A DNA stretch of 64,000 nt from the human T2T-CHM13v2.0 reference genome, Homo sapiens, in the NCBI RefSeq assembly GCF_009914755.1, contig NC_060936.1, one strand, 5' to 3'. A model generated the notes under the pieces. The model was given only the letters and a program-made list of their open reading frames with translations, searched no databases and was not told the origin of the DNA. Shown here one piece after another: positions 35,784 through 53,292 of this stretch. Both the position numbers and the translations under genes were made by a program. Position 1 is the stretch's first letter; each line of letters begins with the position of its first letter.

Positions 35784-35864
35784 CTGCTAATAGAAACCAG
35801 TTCTATTAGCAACCAGACTGCTAATAGAAACCAGTTCTATTAGCAACCAGACTGCTAATAGAAA
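35784..35864. repeat. About 2.4 copies of a 34-bp tandem repeat built from an alternating inverted 11-mer
   Basis: ctgctaatagaaaccagttctattagcaaccaga x2 + ctgctaatagaaa. Confidence 0.95.
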
Positions 35865-37049
35865 TAAGCATGGTAAGCCATCTGTAACCAATAGGGAGTA
35901 GTGAGGACTGGGGCAAAATGATGGTTTGTACACCCAGTTTAGAAGGAGCTGCCATTAATCAACCCCAGCTCTTCTGGGACCAGTCTGAATACAGATGCAA
36001 TGTCATCTGATCTCACGTGCCATCTGATCTGATCTATTTTTTTTTTTTTTGGAGGCGAGGTCTTCTTACATTGCCCAGGCTAGTCTTGAACTCCTAGGCT
36101 CAAGCAATCTTCCTACCTCAGTCACCTAAGTAACTGGGATTACAGGCGTGTAGCACTACACTTGGCTGGATCTGACTTTAAAATATATTTTAATATATAT
36201 CAGAAATTTAGACATATGAATATAGCATAAAATCTGCATATATGTAAGTTTATATTTCTAAATCTGAAATCTGAGTAAATATATTTAATTTTTCAGTTTT
36301 AAAAATGATACCCTGTGTGAGACAAAACAAAACAGTGACTAGAACCCTCCTTGTGGGCTAAATTTGAGTTTGCTTCTTCATGATGTTTTAAATGCTTCAC
36401 AAACATTTTTCTTTGGTATATTGAGCAAAATGAATTGAAGCATATTTACTGGGTGATGATTATGGAGGAAAAACTCAAAGATCTGCTATAAGCACTAGAA
36501 TTGAAAGACTAGCCCAAGAGCTCCTCATGCACCTTTGAGTATATTGAGTTGCTCCCTGGCTTTGAACGCATCTGTGATCAGTTTAAAGTCATAAATATAA
36601 AGTCATCTTCAAAGAGCTCATGGAACTTGAATTCCTTGAGTTCTTTTCCTTATTCTTCTTGAAGTATCGAATTTGAATAGCTCTTGGTAATTTCTATTTG
36701 AAACATTAACTTCCTTTCCTCTCTTCTAATACTATCTCCACCCTGCCCGCAAAAAAGATGTGCACACTCTCTCTCATAAATGGTTGAAATGGCTTTAACC
36801 AAAAAGTATTGTACATTACTAGTCTACACAAATTTTCTCCAAAATTGTATAGGACTCCCTAAATCAAAAAGCAACATATAAATAGGAATGCGAGGGACCA
36901 CTGTCTTCTTGGTACTTCTCAGATTTTTTTTTCTTTACAATCGTATGAGTGGTAGGATTATTCCTTTTTTTGTTCCATTTAGAGAAATAATGTATGCAGT
37001 TGGACCCAAATTCTTTTTCACTCATTGCAGTATTTTATTCTAAATACAG

Positions 37050-37163
37050 CTAAGCATGTTAACAGACCAGGTGGAGGATGAGGGAGAGAAGATTAGAGAT
37101 TTGGAGTTTTGTCTTGAAGAGCACAGAGAGAAGGTGAATGCCACAGAAGAAATGCTGCAGCAG
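37050..37163 (+). pseudogene. PPFIBP1: PPFIBP1-like coding exon 4 (114 nt; LSMLTDQVEDEGEKIRDLEFCLEEHREKVNATEEMLQQ)
   Basis: tacag acceptor, open frame, CAG|gtatgt donor. Confidence 0.92.
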
Positions 37164-37459
37164 GTATGTGCAGACGCCATATCCAAGATGGGATTTCCCT
37201 GCTGAACTATTTGAGATGCTGCATTTCTATGTTGTGTTTGCTCTGATGCAGCAGTAAGTTTCTTGATTCACTTAGACCAGCACATTTAAAAAAAAAAATT
37301 GAGAGTAGTAGAGTCTCAAAACACATGCACACAATATAAAGTGTTTATGTAATTAGAATCTGGAACAAAATGTCAATAGGATTGTGGCTTATTTTTATTT
37401 TCTTTCTTTGCATTCAGATGGTTTCCTAACTCTCACCTATAAGCATATGTTTTGTGATT

Positions 37460-38480
37460 AAGAAAAAAAGATAATAGTAAAAAATCTAAGAATCCGATTT
37501 AAAAATGGGCGAAAGATTTGAATAGACATTTCTCAAAAGAAGACATACAAATGGCAAATAGACATATGAAAAGGTGCTCAGCATCATTGATCATCAGAGA
37601 AATGCAAATCAAAACGACAACAAGATACTATCTCACCCCAGCTAAAATTGCTTTTATCCAAAAGACAGGCAGTAACAAATGCTGGCAAGGATGTGGAGAA
37701 AAGGGAACCCTTGTACACTGTTGGTGGGAATGTAAATTCATACAACTACTTTGGAGAACAGTTTGGAGGTTCCTCAAAAAACTGAAAATAGAGCTACCAT
37801 ATGATCCAGCAATGCCACTGCTGGATATATACCCAAAGGAAAGGAAATCAGTATATCGAAGAAATATCTGTGCTCTCGTGTTTACTGCAGCTCTGTTCAC
37901 AGCCACCAAGATTTGGAAGGAACCTAAATGTCCATCAACAAATAACTGGATAAAGAAAATGTGGTACTTATACACAATGGAGTACTATTCAGCTATAAAA
38001 AAGCATGAGATTCAGTTATTTGCAACAACATGAATGGAACTGGAGGTCATTATGTGTGAAATAAGCCAAGCACAAAAAAACAAACACCTCATGTTCTCAT
38101 TTGTGGGATCTAAAAATAAAACAATTGAGCTCACGGAAATAGTGGAAGGATGGTTACCAGAGGCTGGGCAGAGTAGTGAGGGATGAAGGAAGAGGTGGAG
38201 GATGGTGGAGGGGTACAAAATAATAGTTTGAATAAGGCCTAGTATTTAGTAGCACATCAGGGTGACTATAGTTAATAATAATCTAATTGTATATTTGAAA
38301 ATAGGAATATAACTGGATTGTTTGTAACACAAAGGATAAATGCTTGAGAAAATGGAGACCCCGTTTTCCATGATGTGATTATCACATACTGTATACCTGT
38401 ATCGAAACATCTCATGTACCCCATAAATAGATATACCTACTATGTACCCACAAAATTAAAAATTAGAAAAGAAAAAAACA
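37460..38480 (+). mobile_element. LINE-1 3' fragment (L1MA-like)
   Basis: ORF2 C-terminus [20 protein letters not shown]...; L1MA-type 3'UTR; A-rich tail. Confidence 0.9.
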
Positions 38481-38889
38481 GAAAAAAGATAAGCACCATC
38501 TATAACACAAAGGACAGGCTCCGTAAGGTTGTGGATGGGGTATGCACTGGAGCAAAACTTTGTAGGTTTCCATTCCTGCCGTGCCTTTTTTTTTTCCCTC
38601 TATGACATTAGGCAAGTTCCTAACCTCTCCGTTACTAAGTTTCCTCATCTTTTGATTAAGGATAGTAAGAATTTCTAACTGATAAGATTTTTGTGAGGAT
38701 TGAAACAGTATGTCACAACGGTTGCCTGGCATACAGCAAACATAGTATCATCATCATAATCAATGTTATCACCAGACTGAAGTATATATATATGGTTTAT
38801 GCATGTGTATCTACATAACATGTCTCCCTAAGTAAACTGACATGTGTTTATTTCTGCTCAAAGGAGAGTAACTAAAGTGAATGATTTTT

Positions 38890-41882
<2,993 letters not shown>

Positions 41883-42042
41883 TAAAGTGAATAATTTTTA
41901 AAAAGTATGTATATTCAGTAATTATACTTTAATGCGTCCTCTACTTGATAGGTGCTGCTTTGTGCTATCATAAATGAGGTAAATTCACATGTGGCTGTTT
42001 ATAATAAAAGAATTATTGAATGTATCTTTTAAATTCCAATAG

Positions 42043-42174
42043 GAGCTTCTAAGTAGGGCATCCTTAGAAACTCAGAAGTTGGATCTGATGGCTGAAATAT
42101 CTAACTTGAAGTTGAAACTGACAGCTGTAGAGAAGGACAGATTGGATTATGAAGATAAGTTCAGAGACACAGAG
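42043..42174 (+). pseudogene. PPFIBP1: PPFIBP1-like coding exon 5 (132 nt; ELLSRASLETQKLDLMAEISNLKLKLTAVEKDRLDYEDKFRDTE)
   Basis: caatag acceptor, open frame, GAG|gtgtgt donor; overlaps ORF-track 42079..42288. Confidence 0.92.
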
Positions 42175-43212
42175 GTGTGTGACACAGTCTCTCCTCTCTC
42201 TCTCTCTCTCTGTCACTCTGTCTCTCATAGACGTACATTCCTAGGGCAAAGTCGAAATTCTCTGGAGGTGTGCAAGGAAGGCGGTTAATTACTACGTGCC
42301 CTCATCCTACTTCATTTTAAGAATAATCTTTGATTATATTGACTTTTTATCACAAAATGCTAATGACAATTTTTATTTTTAGACTTTTGATATGAAATAT
42401 TAATCATTTTATCAACCTTTAGAAATACTTTTGACTTTAGGATATTTGGAGCATCCATCCATTCATACTAGTTTTCTTAATTTTGTAAATAATGGGCTTA
42501 AATGCATGGTTTTGCTAGTAGTTATTATTTAAGCACACTGATTATTTACTATGTAATTGGATTTTTGAAATCTGTATAGAAAGCATGCTTACATTATATA
42601 AACACAAAACAACAGAGCCTTTTTGAGGTCATCTAATTTGGCCTTCTACTTTTGGTCTATTCCACATGTAAATCATTCCAATTAAATAAGACTCACTGTA
42701 CTTCTACGAAACTCAGGGTACATTCTATAACTTGAAGTATCCATTTTAGTGGCTAAACAAGCTTTATTGTTTGTTCTCTCTATTTTATTAATCCAGGCCT
42801 TCTAGTTTGTTTGCTGTGTGACATTTGGCAAGTTCTTAACCTCTCTGTTTTTTTTTTTTTTTTTTTTTGGTGGATGGAGAGAGCATATCCGTTTGAAATC
42901 TACTCATTTGAAATGATGTGTAAAGAGTTGCAGAAATTCCTCTCTCTGAGGGCCATCTCCCCTCCTTTTTTCTATTTTGTTTCTTTGGTTGGAGTATGGA
43001 AAGGTGTCATGCTGGATTAGAAAATGGGTACCAAGGAGAGAGGAGAGAAAATGGTTTATTTATTTTTCCCTTCTGTTTTTATTTCAAACATGTATTTTAT
43101 GCTGACTATATGCCAGCATGGTACCGGGCATTACATACATTATCTACTACAGGAAAATCCTTTATAGACCTGGAAATAACAAGGTTTACTCCATTGCTAT
43201 TTTCAAAATTAA

Positions 43213-43473
<261 letters not shown>

Positions 43474-44366
43474 TGAGCATGTTTCTCATTTTATTGAAGC
43501 TGGGGCTCTTAAACAAGACTTAGAAAGTTACTCAGTTTAAAATTCTTGCTTTTGTATTTTCTCTAAAAATCTCTTTTGATATTTTTCTCTTTCCCCTCTT
43601 TTTGTGAGGTCCTTACCCCATAGTTGCTAGGTAAGGTAACAGTAAAACTCAGTCAACAGATGGACAACATGGCAGTGGAGCTAGCTCTGCTGCAGGGAAG
43701 AATTGATGGTAGATATGGATAGAGGTAGTGTTCTACATTGTGTCTGCAAAGTCAAGGGGAAATATTCACCTGTTGTTAGCTTAATTTGGATATGAGATGC
43801 TAACCAAATGTTGGGACTGAATTGCAGTAGATGTGTTATTTATTTATTTTTGTAAGACCCCAGGGCAATATTTACATCCCTTGAGTTCAGCTGCCTTTTT
43901 TATCAAACTTTTTTTTCCCCACTTTTTCGTTTCACTCATACACTCTTAATCACATACAAAGTGATTTTGTTATTAAACTTCCAGTACACTCAATCCCTGA
44001 TAATCTTCTAATAAAAATTCAGTGCTATTGCTAAAATATACACATGTAGCCAGAGATTAGAGCATATGGGGTAAACTTTGTGACGTTGCATATGAAAATA
44101 ATTAAAATAACATTCACTATTAAACTAACTTGAATATTCTCATGTTCCTGTTATCGTTCCCTTAATAAAAATATTTTCCTGAGTGTTTCATGAGTCCATA
44201 ATATTTAACTTTCTCTTAGAAGTTTAGATTATTTGGATATTAATATCCAATAAAATATTGGCATGGGGAAGAAGTATGGGCATTTCCAAGGGACTGAGCA
44301 CTGGAAGATTCAGGACTTGGCTTGTCCCCGTACTTGCTAATGGGAGATGGTCAGCATCATTCAACA

Positions 44367-44380
44367 GTGCCCCCTTCTGG
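44367..44380 (-). promoter_or_regulatory. CTCF core motif
   Basis: CCAGAAGGGGGCAC matches the consensus at 13/14. Confidence 0.45.
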
Positions 44381-45338
44381 TAAGAGCACACATGTCAGAG
44401 ACTGAGTTCCTGCGGGAGCCCTGAGGAGTTCTCTGAAAGGGAAAAGGGAAAGGGAACAGGGATTTTCTTTCTTAAAAGGACTGAACTTCTGATAAGAACT
44501 TATTGAAATAATTTGTATTCTGTTTTTTAAAGTTTTACATTAGAAAGCTATTTCCAGATTTTCCAGCTTGTGTTGTCAGGGGAAGATATGATTTCGGGTT
44601 GGAAATGTAGACCATATTTAAAGTATTGTCATGAAATATAGTGGAGTAGTTTTTGTTAAAACAGATAACTTATCCCAGTTTATAATTCCATTTTTTTCAA
44701 TTGTTTCTTCTTTGCACATTGCCACTATTTCTAAAGGAAGTAGTAAAAACAGCAATAGCAGACAGGAGGAATTCACTGCTATTTCTTAACAATGAGAAAG
44801 TGGGAAAATATATATTTAAAAAGATCATATTGATGAATATCACTAAGGACTAAGGACTTATATTATGCAAGGATGATTAGTTAACTGGGAAAAGGTGATT
44901 TTTTTTCTTTGAACTTGAATTCTGACCTGTTAGATGAGGAATCACAAATGTTATTGAATAATGTCAAACAGTTCTTGACCTAATTCATAAGAAGAAAATA
45001 TATATTATCTAATTGAAATATTGTATGATTATTAAGTGACTCTTAAGGAGTAATCGTATAATTATGATAGGTAATATTTTGCCCATTTTATAAGAGACAA
45101 CAATTTAAAAGCCTGTGGGTTTACTGGGAAGTGTATTTCATTATAGCATCCCTTCTCTTAGCCTTTGTGAACTTGAATCATTATATTTGGAAGTTTAAAA
45201 TAATCCCTATTCACAAACTTTTATTTCTTATAACATTATTCTACTTGTAATTTTTGGCATTCTTGGATAATTTTGTCCTGTAATCTATGAATTTGTGACC
45301 CAGGAATACATGCATGTCTTTGTAAAAAGAGAGAAGCT

Positions 45339-45631
45339 GGCTGGGCACAGTGGCTCACACCTGTAATCCCAACACTTAGGGAGTCCGAGGAGGGCGGGTC
45401 ACTCGAGGTCAGGAGTTCAAGACAAGCCTGGTCAACATGGTGAAACCCTTGTCTCTACTAAAAATAGAAAAACTAGCTGGGTGTGGTGGTGGGTGCCTGT
45501 AATCCCAGTTCCTGTGAAGGCTGAGACAGGAGAGTATCTTGAACCTGGGAGGCGGGGGTTGCAGTAAGCTCAGATGGCGGCACTGCACTCCAGCCTGGGT
45601 GACAGAGCAAGACTCCATCTTAAAAAAAAAA
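45339..45631 (+). mobile_element. AluS
   Basis: Alu consensus. Confidence 0.9.
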
Positions 45632-46569
45632 GAGGGAGAGAGAAGCAAAAATATAGTAACCATTGTAGGGATCTTTGTGGCTTGTAGTAAAAATAAGTCA
45701 TCTCCCACGCAGGGTATTTGAGTGTCTCTTTTGGAGGAGTTAATATTGCTTAACACTCTTAATTTCCTTTCCTACTCTCTGGGCTCTGGACAAAAATACA
45801 CCATTATTTCTCAGAATACTTGGACAAGTTTTATGAGCAAATTGGTTCTTTAAAAAGTGACACTAAATAAAATAAAAAATGGTAGTAGAAAAGATGTAAA
45901 ATCATGTTGTGTCATGTAAACATTAGGATTGGTTTCTCTTTCATTTTCGAATTATAAAATTAGATGAACTGCAGGGCCCTCATCCACTTTCCAGTTGAAA
46001 ATTGTCATTACAGTAAACTCAATCCCTGATAATCTCCTAATAAAAATTCAACAGTATTGCTAAAATGTATGCACATACCCCAAAATTAGAGAATAGTTGA
46101 GAAACTTTGTGATGTTATATATGACAACAATTAAAATAGTCCTCAAAATTAAAACTGATTTGACTATTCTCATGTTCCTGTTATCATTCACTTAATAAAA
46201 ATAAAATATTTCCCTGGCTATTTCATGAATCTTAAGGATTCATGGGCTTAAAGGATTTAATTTTCATTTCATTCTCCCATATTGAGTTGATGAGCAATCC
46301 ATATTTTTGTGGACAAAGGAAGAAATTACAAATTTAAAAAAAATACCCATGTATCACTGAGAAGTTTCAAAAGGTAAATGGCTTTACTAAAGAATGTGAT
46401 ATATTTAAAATACGAAATAGCATTCTATAAAATAGAATAGAAATAGCACTCTATGAAATAGCATTCATAGAGTCATTTTTAGGATAGAAATATCTGACAA
46501 ATAATAGATATTAAGCTACCTTTCTTAAAATTACAGTCACCTTTTATTTTCATAAGCCCATCACTTTAG

Positions 46570-46899
<330 letters not shown>

Positions 46900-47066
46900 A
46901 ATGCTTTAGTTGTTAGGAAGGTGGATTTATTTCCATTTATCTCATCTGATTCATTCAACTTTAACTCTAGGAGCTGGTGACTTAAGATTTCCAAGCTGCT
47001 ATTTTATAGGTATAGGTAACCGTGTTACCACTTTCCTAATGCACTTTCTTGTTTCTTCTTGGACAG

Positions 47067-47159
47067 GGGCTGATTCAGGAGATCAATGATTTGAGGTTAA
47101 AAGTTAGTGAAATGGGCAGTGAGAGACTTCAGTATGAAAAAAAGCATGAATCAACCAAA
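47067..47159 (+). pseudogene. PPFIBP1: PPFIBP1-like coding exon 6 (93 nt; GLIQEINDLRLKVSEMGSERLQYEKKHESTK)
   Basis: cttcttggacag acceptor, AAA|gtaagt donor, open frame. Confidence 0.92.
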
Positions 47160-47488
47160 GTAAGTTTTTCTCACAGGTTAACATTTTCAAACAAATGGCT
47201 CCACTATTCATCTATGCCTAATAATATAAATAACATGTTTTCTACTTAGTATATGATAAAGAAGGTATTTTAAAAGTAAATGAAGTTCCCCCCACGCTGG
47301 AAGCCTTCTTGAATTTAAACACCACTGATCTGAATTTAAAAACAAGGCTTAACTCATCCGACAGAACATAACCTGCCCTTTCTCTGAGTTGTATCTAACC
47401 TCCTTTATAAACTGATACTGTTTTCTCGGTTATTTAGCTTGTCTTTTTCTATCTGTAGTTTTCTTTCACTCCTCTGTCTCTCTGCCAG

Positions 47489-47581
47489 TCTTTAGTGGCC
47501 AAACTTTCTAGCATGAAAATCAAGGTGGGTCAGATGCAGTATGAAGAGCAGCAGATGGAACAAAAATGGGAGTCACTGAAG
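47489..47581 (+). pseudogene. PPFIBP1: PPFIBP1-like coding exon 7 (93 nt; SLVAKLSSMKIKVGQMQYEEQQMEQKWESLK)
   Basis: ctctctgccag acceptor, AAG|gtgtag donor, open frame. Confidence 0.88.
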
Positions 47582-48785
47582 GTGTAGTAGACGTTGGGTG
47601 ATGGGGTCCATGGCCTGTTGCTTTCTGGCTTGTGTTGTTTTGCTGTGATGATGTTTTTAGTGGCATGTGCATTCATTCTGTGTGTGTCACCTGTTGATTA
47701 AAAATCACCTCAAGCTGATTGAAGGAACAATGGGATCCCTGATGTTGTTTTCAGAAATACATGAAATAATTAGTGAAAAATAATAAACGTAAAATGAAAG
47801 AATTTATAAATTACACTCTCTTAGACTGAGACCCAAGCCTAGTAAAATAATTGTAAACATTAGCTTGTGAAAGAATTCTGTTTCATATCCACAGTAGAGG
47901 TCATTTTCCTTTTTAGGGACTTTCTTGATGGTAAATGTACAGCAGTTGATATTATCATGACTGTGAATAGAAATGACTGCTGAGAAGCAGCACGGTGAGA
48001 ACAGGTTCACACTTCCTGCCAGTGCTACTGAAGACTTTTTGTACTTGTCCACTCTGCTCCTACTAGAAGTCAAAACTATAGGGCCAAGTGCCTCACTTCA
48101 TTGGAGAACTACATCTTCTCATAGTACTAAATGTAATAAATATATCTTTAGAGATTCTGAAAGTAAAATGTGATGTTGAATATAAAGCTGTACTTCTTAG
48201 CATTGCATAGCTGTATTTTCTGTGTTAAGTACAGCCAGCAAAATTTGTTTGCTAAAGCTAATTCTTTACTGAAAGGAAACTGAAAATTTAAACATGAGTA
48301 CATAGAAGGATGGACTTGAAATCTTATATACAGTTTTATAGTTAAAAATTAAAAGAGGGCTTCACTGTTTTCTAAATTTATTTTTCCCATTGTTGTAGGA
48401 GATTCTGTCCTTTTATCTTAGTGATGTGGGTGAATTATTTAGTTCCCTGATTTGGCTAAAGTTGTTCATGACTTGCTACCTTACCCATGAATGAAACTCT
48501 GTGCTTGTCAAGGAAGCATGAGTGCCAACTTGAAATGCCAAATAAATGTCAAGCTAGTCTTTTCCAATTTGCATTTTATTTTGCTTTTATGACACTAAGT
48601 ATCTAATTTTCTAATTTGATTATCTTCCTTGATTAACTTGGTCATATTTTTAAATTTGATGTAAGATTTAAACCTTAGGGCTATCCTATCCCTAATTACT
48701 CTTTAAAAGATCTCTTTTTAATTTGATTACAAAGAAACTTGAAATAATTATACAATAACTATTATAAATGGGACTTCTGCTTATA

Positions 48786-49489
<704 letters not shown>

Positions 49490-49616
49490 GCGTCTAAATT
49501 CTTGTAGATTTGTTTCATTCACAAAATCTGATTGTTGATTTAAAGAGCTAATATGCTCTCTCAATGTTCCTTTTCAGTCATGATCTGCTATTTTTAAATG
49601 AATTTGTAACTTGTAG

Positions 49617-49731
49617 GATGAACTGACATCTTTAAAAGAACAACTAGAAGAAAAGGAATCTGAAGTAAAAAGGCTACAAGAAAAATTGATTTGCAAGATG
49701 AAAGGAGAAGGGGTTGAAATTGTTGATAGAG
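49617..49731 (+). pseudogene. PPFIBP1: PPFIBP1-like coding exon 8 (115 nt; DELTSLKEQLEEKESEVKRLQEKLICKMKGEGVEIVDR), the last recognisable exon
   Basis: ttgtag acceptor, G|gtaaga donor, open frame. Confidence 0.92.
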
Positions 49732-51402
49732 GTAAGAAGATATATTTCACATTTATCATCTCATTTTGTTAAAGTCCTCCAAAATCTGTAAAAGAAACCA
49801 GTGATAGTCAATGTGTAGTTTTAGTATCAAAGAAAGAGCAGCAGAATCCAGCCAGGCCCAGAACCACAGGGGATTCTCTAAGACTCTTTTCTGTGACTGG
49901 AAATCCATTAACTTCCTCTTCAGCAGCTGGAAAAGGGGAATTCTATACTTTATTTGGTGTTTAAGATTACTAGACTGTAAATTCTCATCACAAGAATGGA
50001 CTTGTCTCAATTGAAATGCAAGGGAATTTATGCCAAAGGAGTTAAAAAGAACCATCCCTGTGTCCCGGGATCGTTGCCCTCAGAACTGAAATTAGATAAA
50101 GTAAGGGACTTTGAAACTGTTCTGTCCTTTTGAGAGAAGAGAAAAATGGCTCTGTATCTTTGGAAAAATTAGTAAAAATTTTATACCAGGGATTGAGCCC
50201 TACACCTTTTAGAAAGCAAAAATAGGCTAATTCTGTTTTTGGAAAAATGCATGAATTTATCCAGTTTTTTTCATAACTGAAGAAGTTTGTTCTGAGTATT
50301 ATATGGACCATCATTTCTAATAAAGTAGGTTTTACATGATAGAAAATAGCCTGAATGAAATTTTTTAAAATTATATTTGGAAATATAATGTGCATAACAT
50401 CTGGCGACACTAAGGTAAATTTAACCTTTCTTTGTAATTATGAATGATGACTGGCACTATGAGATACCAGCCATGTTCTGAGCAAGAACATGTGAAGGAT
50501 AGGCTAGCATTCTGGAAAAGATGCCATAATGTTGATGAAGTCAGCAGAACTAGACAGCAGAACTTTATGATGATCAGTTTACTCTTTCTTCCCAACTTCT
50601 CTAGCAAGGATTGTCTTCAATCTGGAAATGACAGAACAATCACCCTTTAAAATAAGGAAGTGCAATTCAGTGAAGACAGGTAAGATAGTAAGAGAGCATT
50701 TAGTTACATTTTAAAATGAAATCATTAATTTGAAAGGGTCATATATACCCATGGTAAGAATGTAAGCCAGAGCTGGCAGCATCTCTGTCCTACAGAGAAA
50801 TCCTGTCCCTGGAGTAGGATTGAATGAAGCCAAGAAACTGAAAAAATTGCAGATGGGGCAAAGAAAGAGTCCTGGAGACTCAAGTCCATTAGATTGCAGG
50901 ACCATTCGTGCCCTTTTAGATTTTTTTTTTTTTTCTCAACTGAGTTCCAATTGAGTTTTTTCTTTTAGTAAAAATGCCTGAAAAAAATAGTAAATTTATA
51001 GATGAGAATTCTTATGCTCAGAGGGGTAAAGCAACTCACCCAGGTTACAGGCAGGAAGCAGCAGAGCCAGGTTTCTAACTGAGGTTTCTCTGAGCCACAA
51101 ACGTGTTTCTCTTTCCATTTTTCCTCTATTGATCAGTAGTTTTCTATGAATCTGTTGTCTAATGAAAAGTACCTAGGTCCTCTAGGAGAATCCTCCTACT
51201 GTTATTGTTTCTAATTATCTGTTCATCTTTCAGTTAGAAGAACATCCATTCTTATATTGATGTCTTGTGGCAGAATGTGAATTTCTGCCTACAGTGCCCA
51301 CAATGGCATCAAACCTATTATTATGTTCAGGTCAAGATTCAAACTCACAAAACTACCATAGACCTCTTTGGCATCAGATTCACTCAGAGAAACATGGGAC
51401 AG

Positions 51403-51722
<320 letters not shown>

Positions 51723-52824
51723 CGAAAACATGAGACAGGAACCACAATTAACTACAGGTGGTGTCAGGTGTCCCTCCAAATTATGCAGCTGCCCAGAGAC
51801 AACTCAAATGCATGAAGGTGTGATGCATATGAGGCAAGTGCAGGAACCACCCTGAATTAAGGTCTCATTCCCTACAGGAGCCAATATCACCTGTAACAAA
51901 CTTCAGATGTGTCATTTCTGGCATCACTACACATACTCAATTAAAACAGTCAGCACATTCAAGGATGCTAGAAGCTACAATCTCCATCAGATATTTATGG
52001 TGCATTTATAGTTCCTCCCACTCCAGATGCAATTTCCAATCAGAGATCCTTTTTATTATAAGCAATGTTGCTGAGTAATACTGTTAACATAGTACTCTAA
52101 TCTGGTTCTAGGGGAACAGAACTAGAATGTTAACTAAAGCTAAAATTCATACACAGCAGAGAAAAGATTTTGTTAACTCTTAACCCAAAATGCCCCACTG
52201 ATAGCAGGTTTGGCTATATGGTTTGCTTTAACCAAGGGAATGCAAGAGGAGGTGACTTACACCACCTCCAAGCAGAAGGCTTGTGAGCCATTGCATGATT
52301 CCACTCTTATTCCTTTCCCTCTGCTGTGAGACAAGGGTAGGGGCAATACCTTCAGCTTAGGTCTCCAATGAAATGAAAAAGATATTTGGGGAAGAGCCAT
52401 AGAACAAAGGTGTAATGGATCCTCAGTTGTTATGAAACCTCCAAGAGAGAGAAACATTAATTGCTGTAAGCCATCACTAGTCAGAGGACTGGTGTTTACT
52501 GCAGAATAACCTATTTCTGATTAGTACATCCCTTTTGGAAAGATATAGGCTGGGTTTATCATTCTCCTACCAGGAGTCCAACTAAGCCAGCTAGCCCTTC
52601 AGTATGTGACAGCCTTAATTCTGGCAAGAATCCCCAATTCGAGTCTGATGGAAAGTTGTTTCCTCTTATCGAGCAGTTTTGATGTTAGAACAGTCCAAGT
52701 AATGCCTGAAGAAAAATAATGTATATAGATTATGATGATTTATTGCTCTAATTTGTCTTCTCCTTTGTGTACTCAGGGTTCAGTCAAGAGACAGGAACTA
52801 TGCAGAGTTACCTGAATACATATA

Positions 52825-53292
<468 letters not shown>

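Noticed and set aside
35784-35864. CRISPR-like palindromic repeats
   Set aside because: No unique spacers, no cas genes, and primate DNA.
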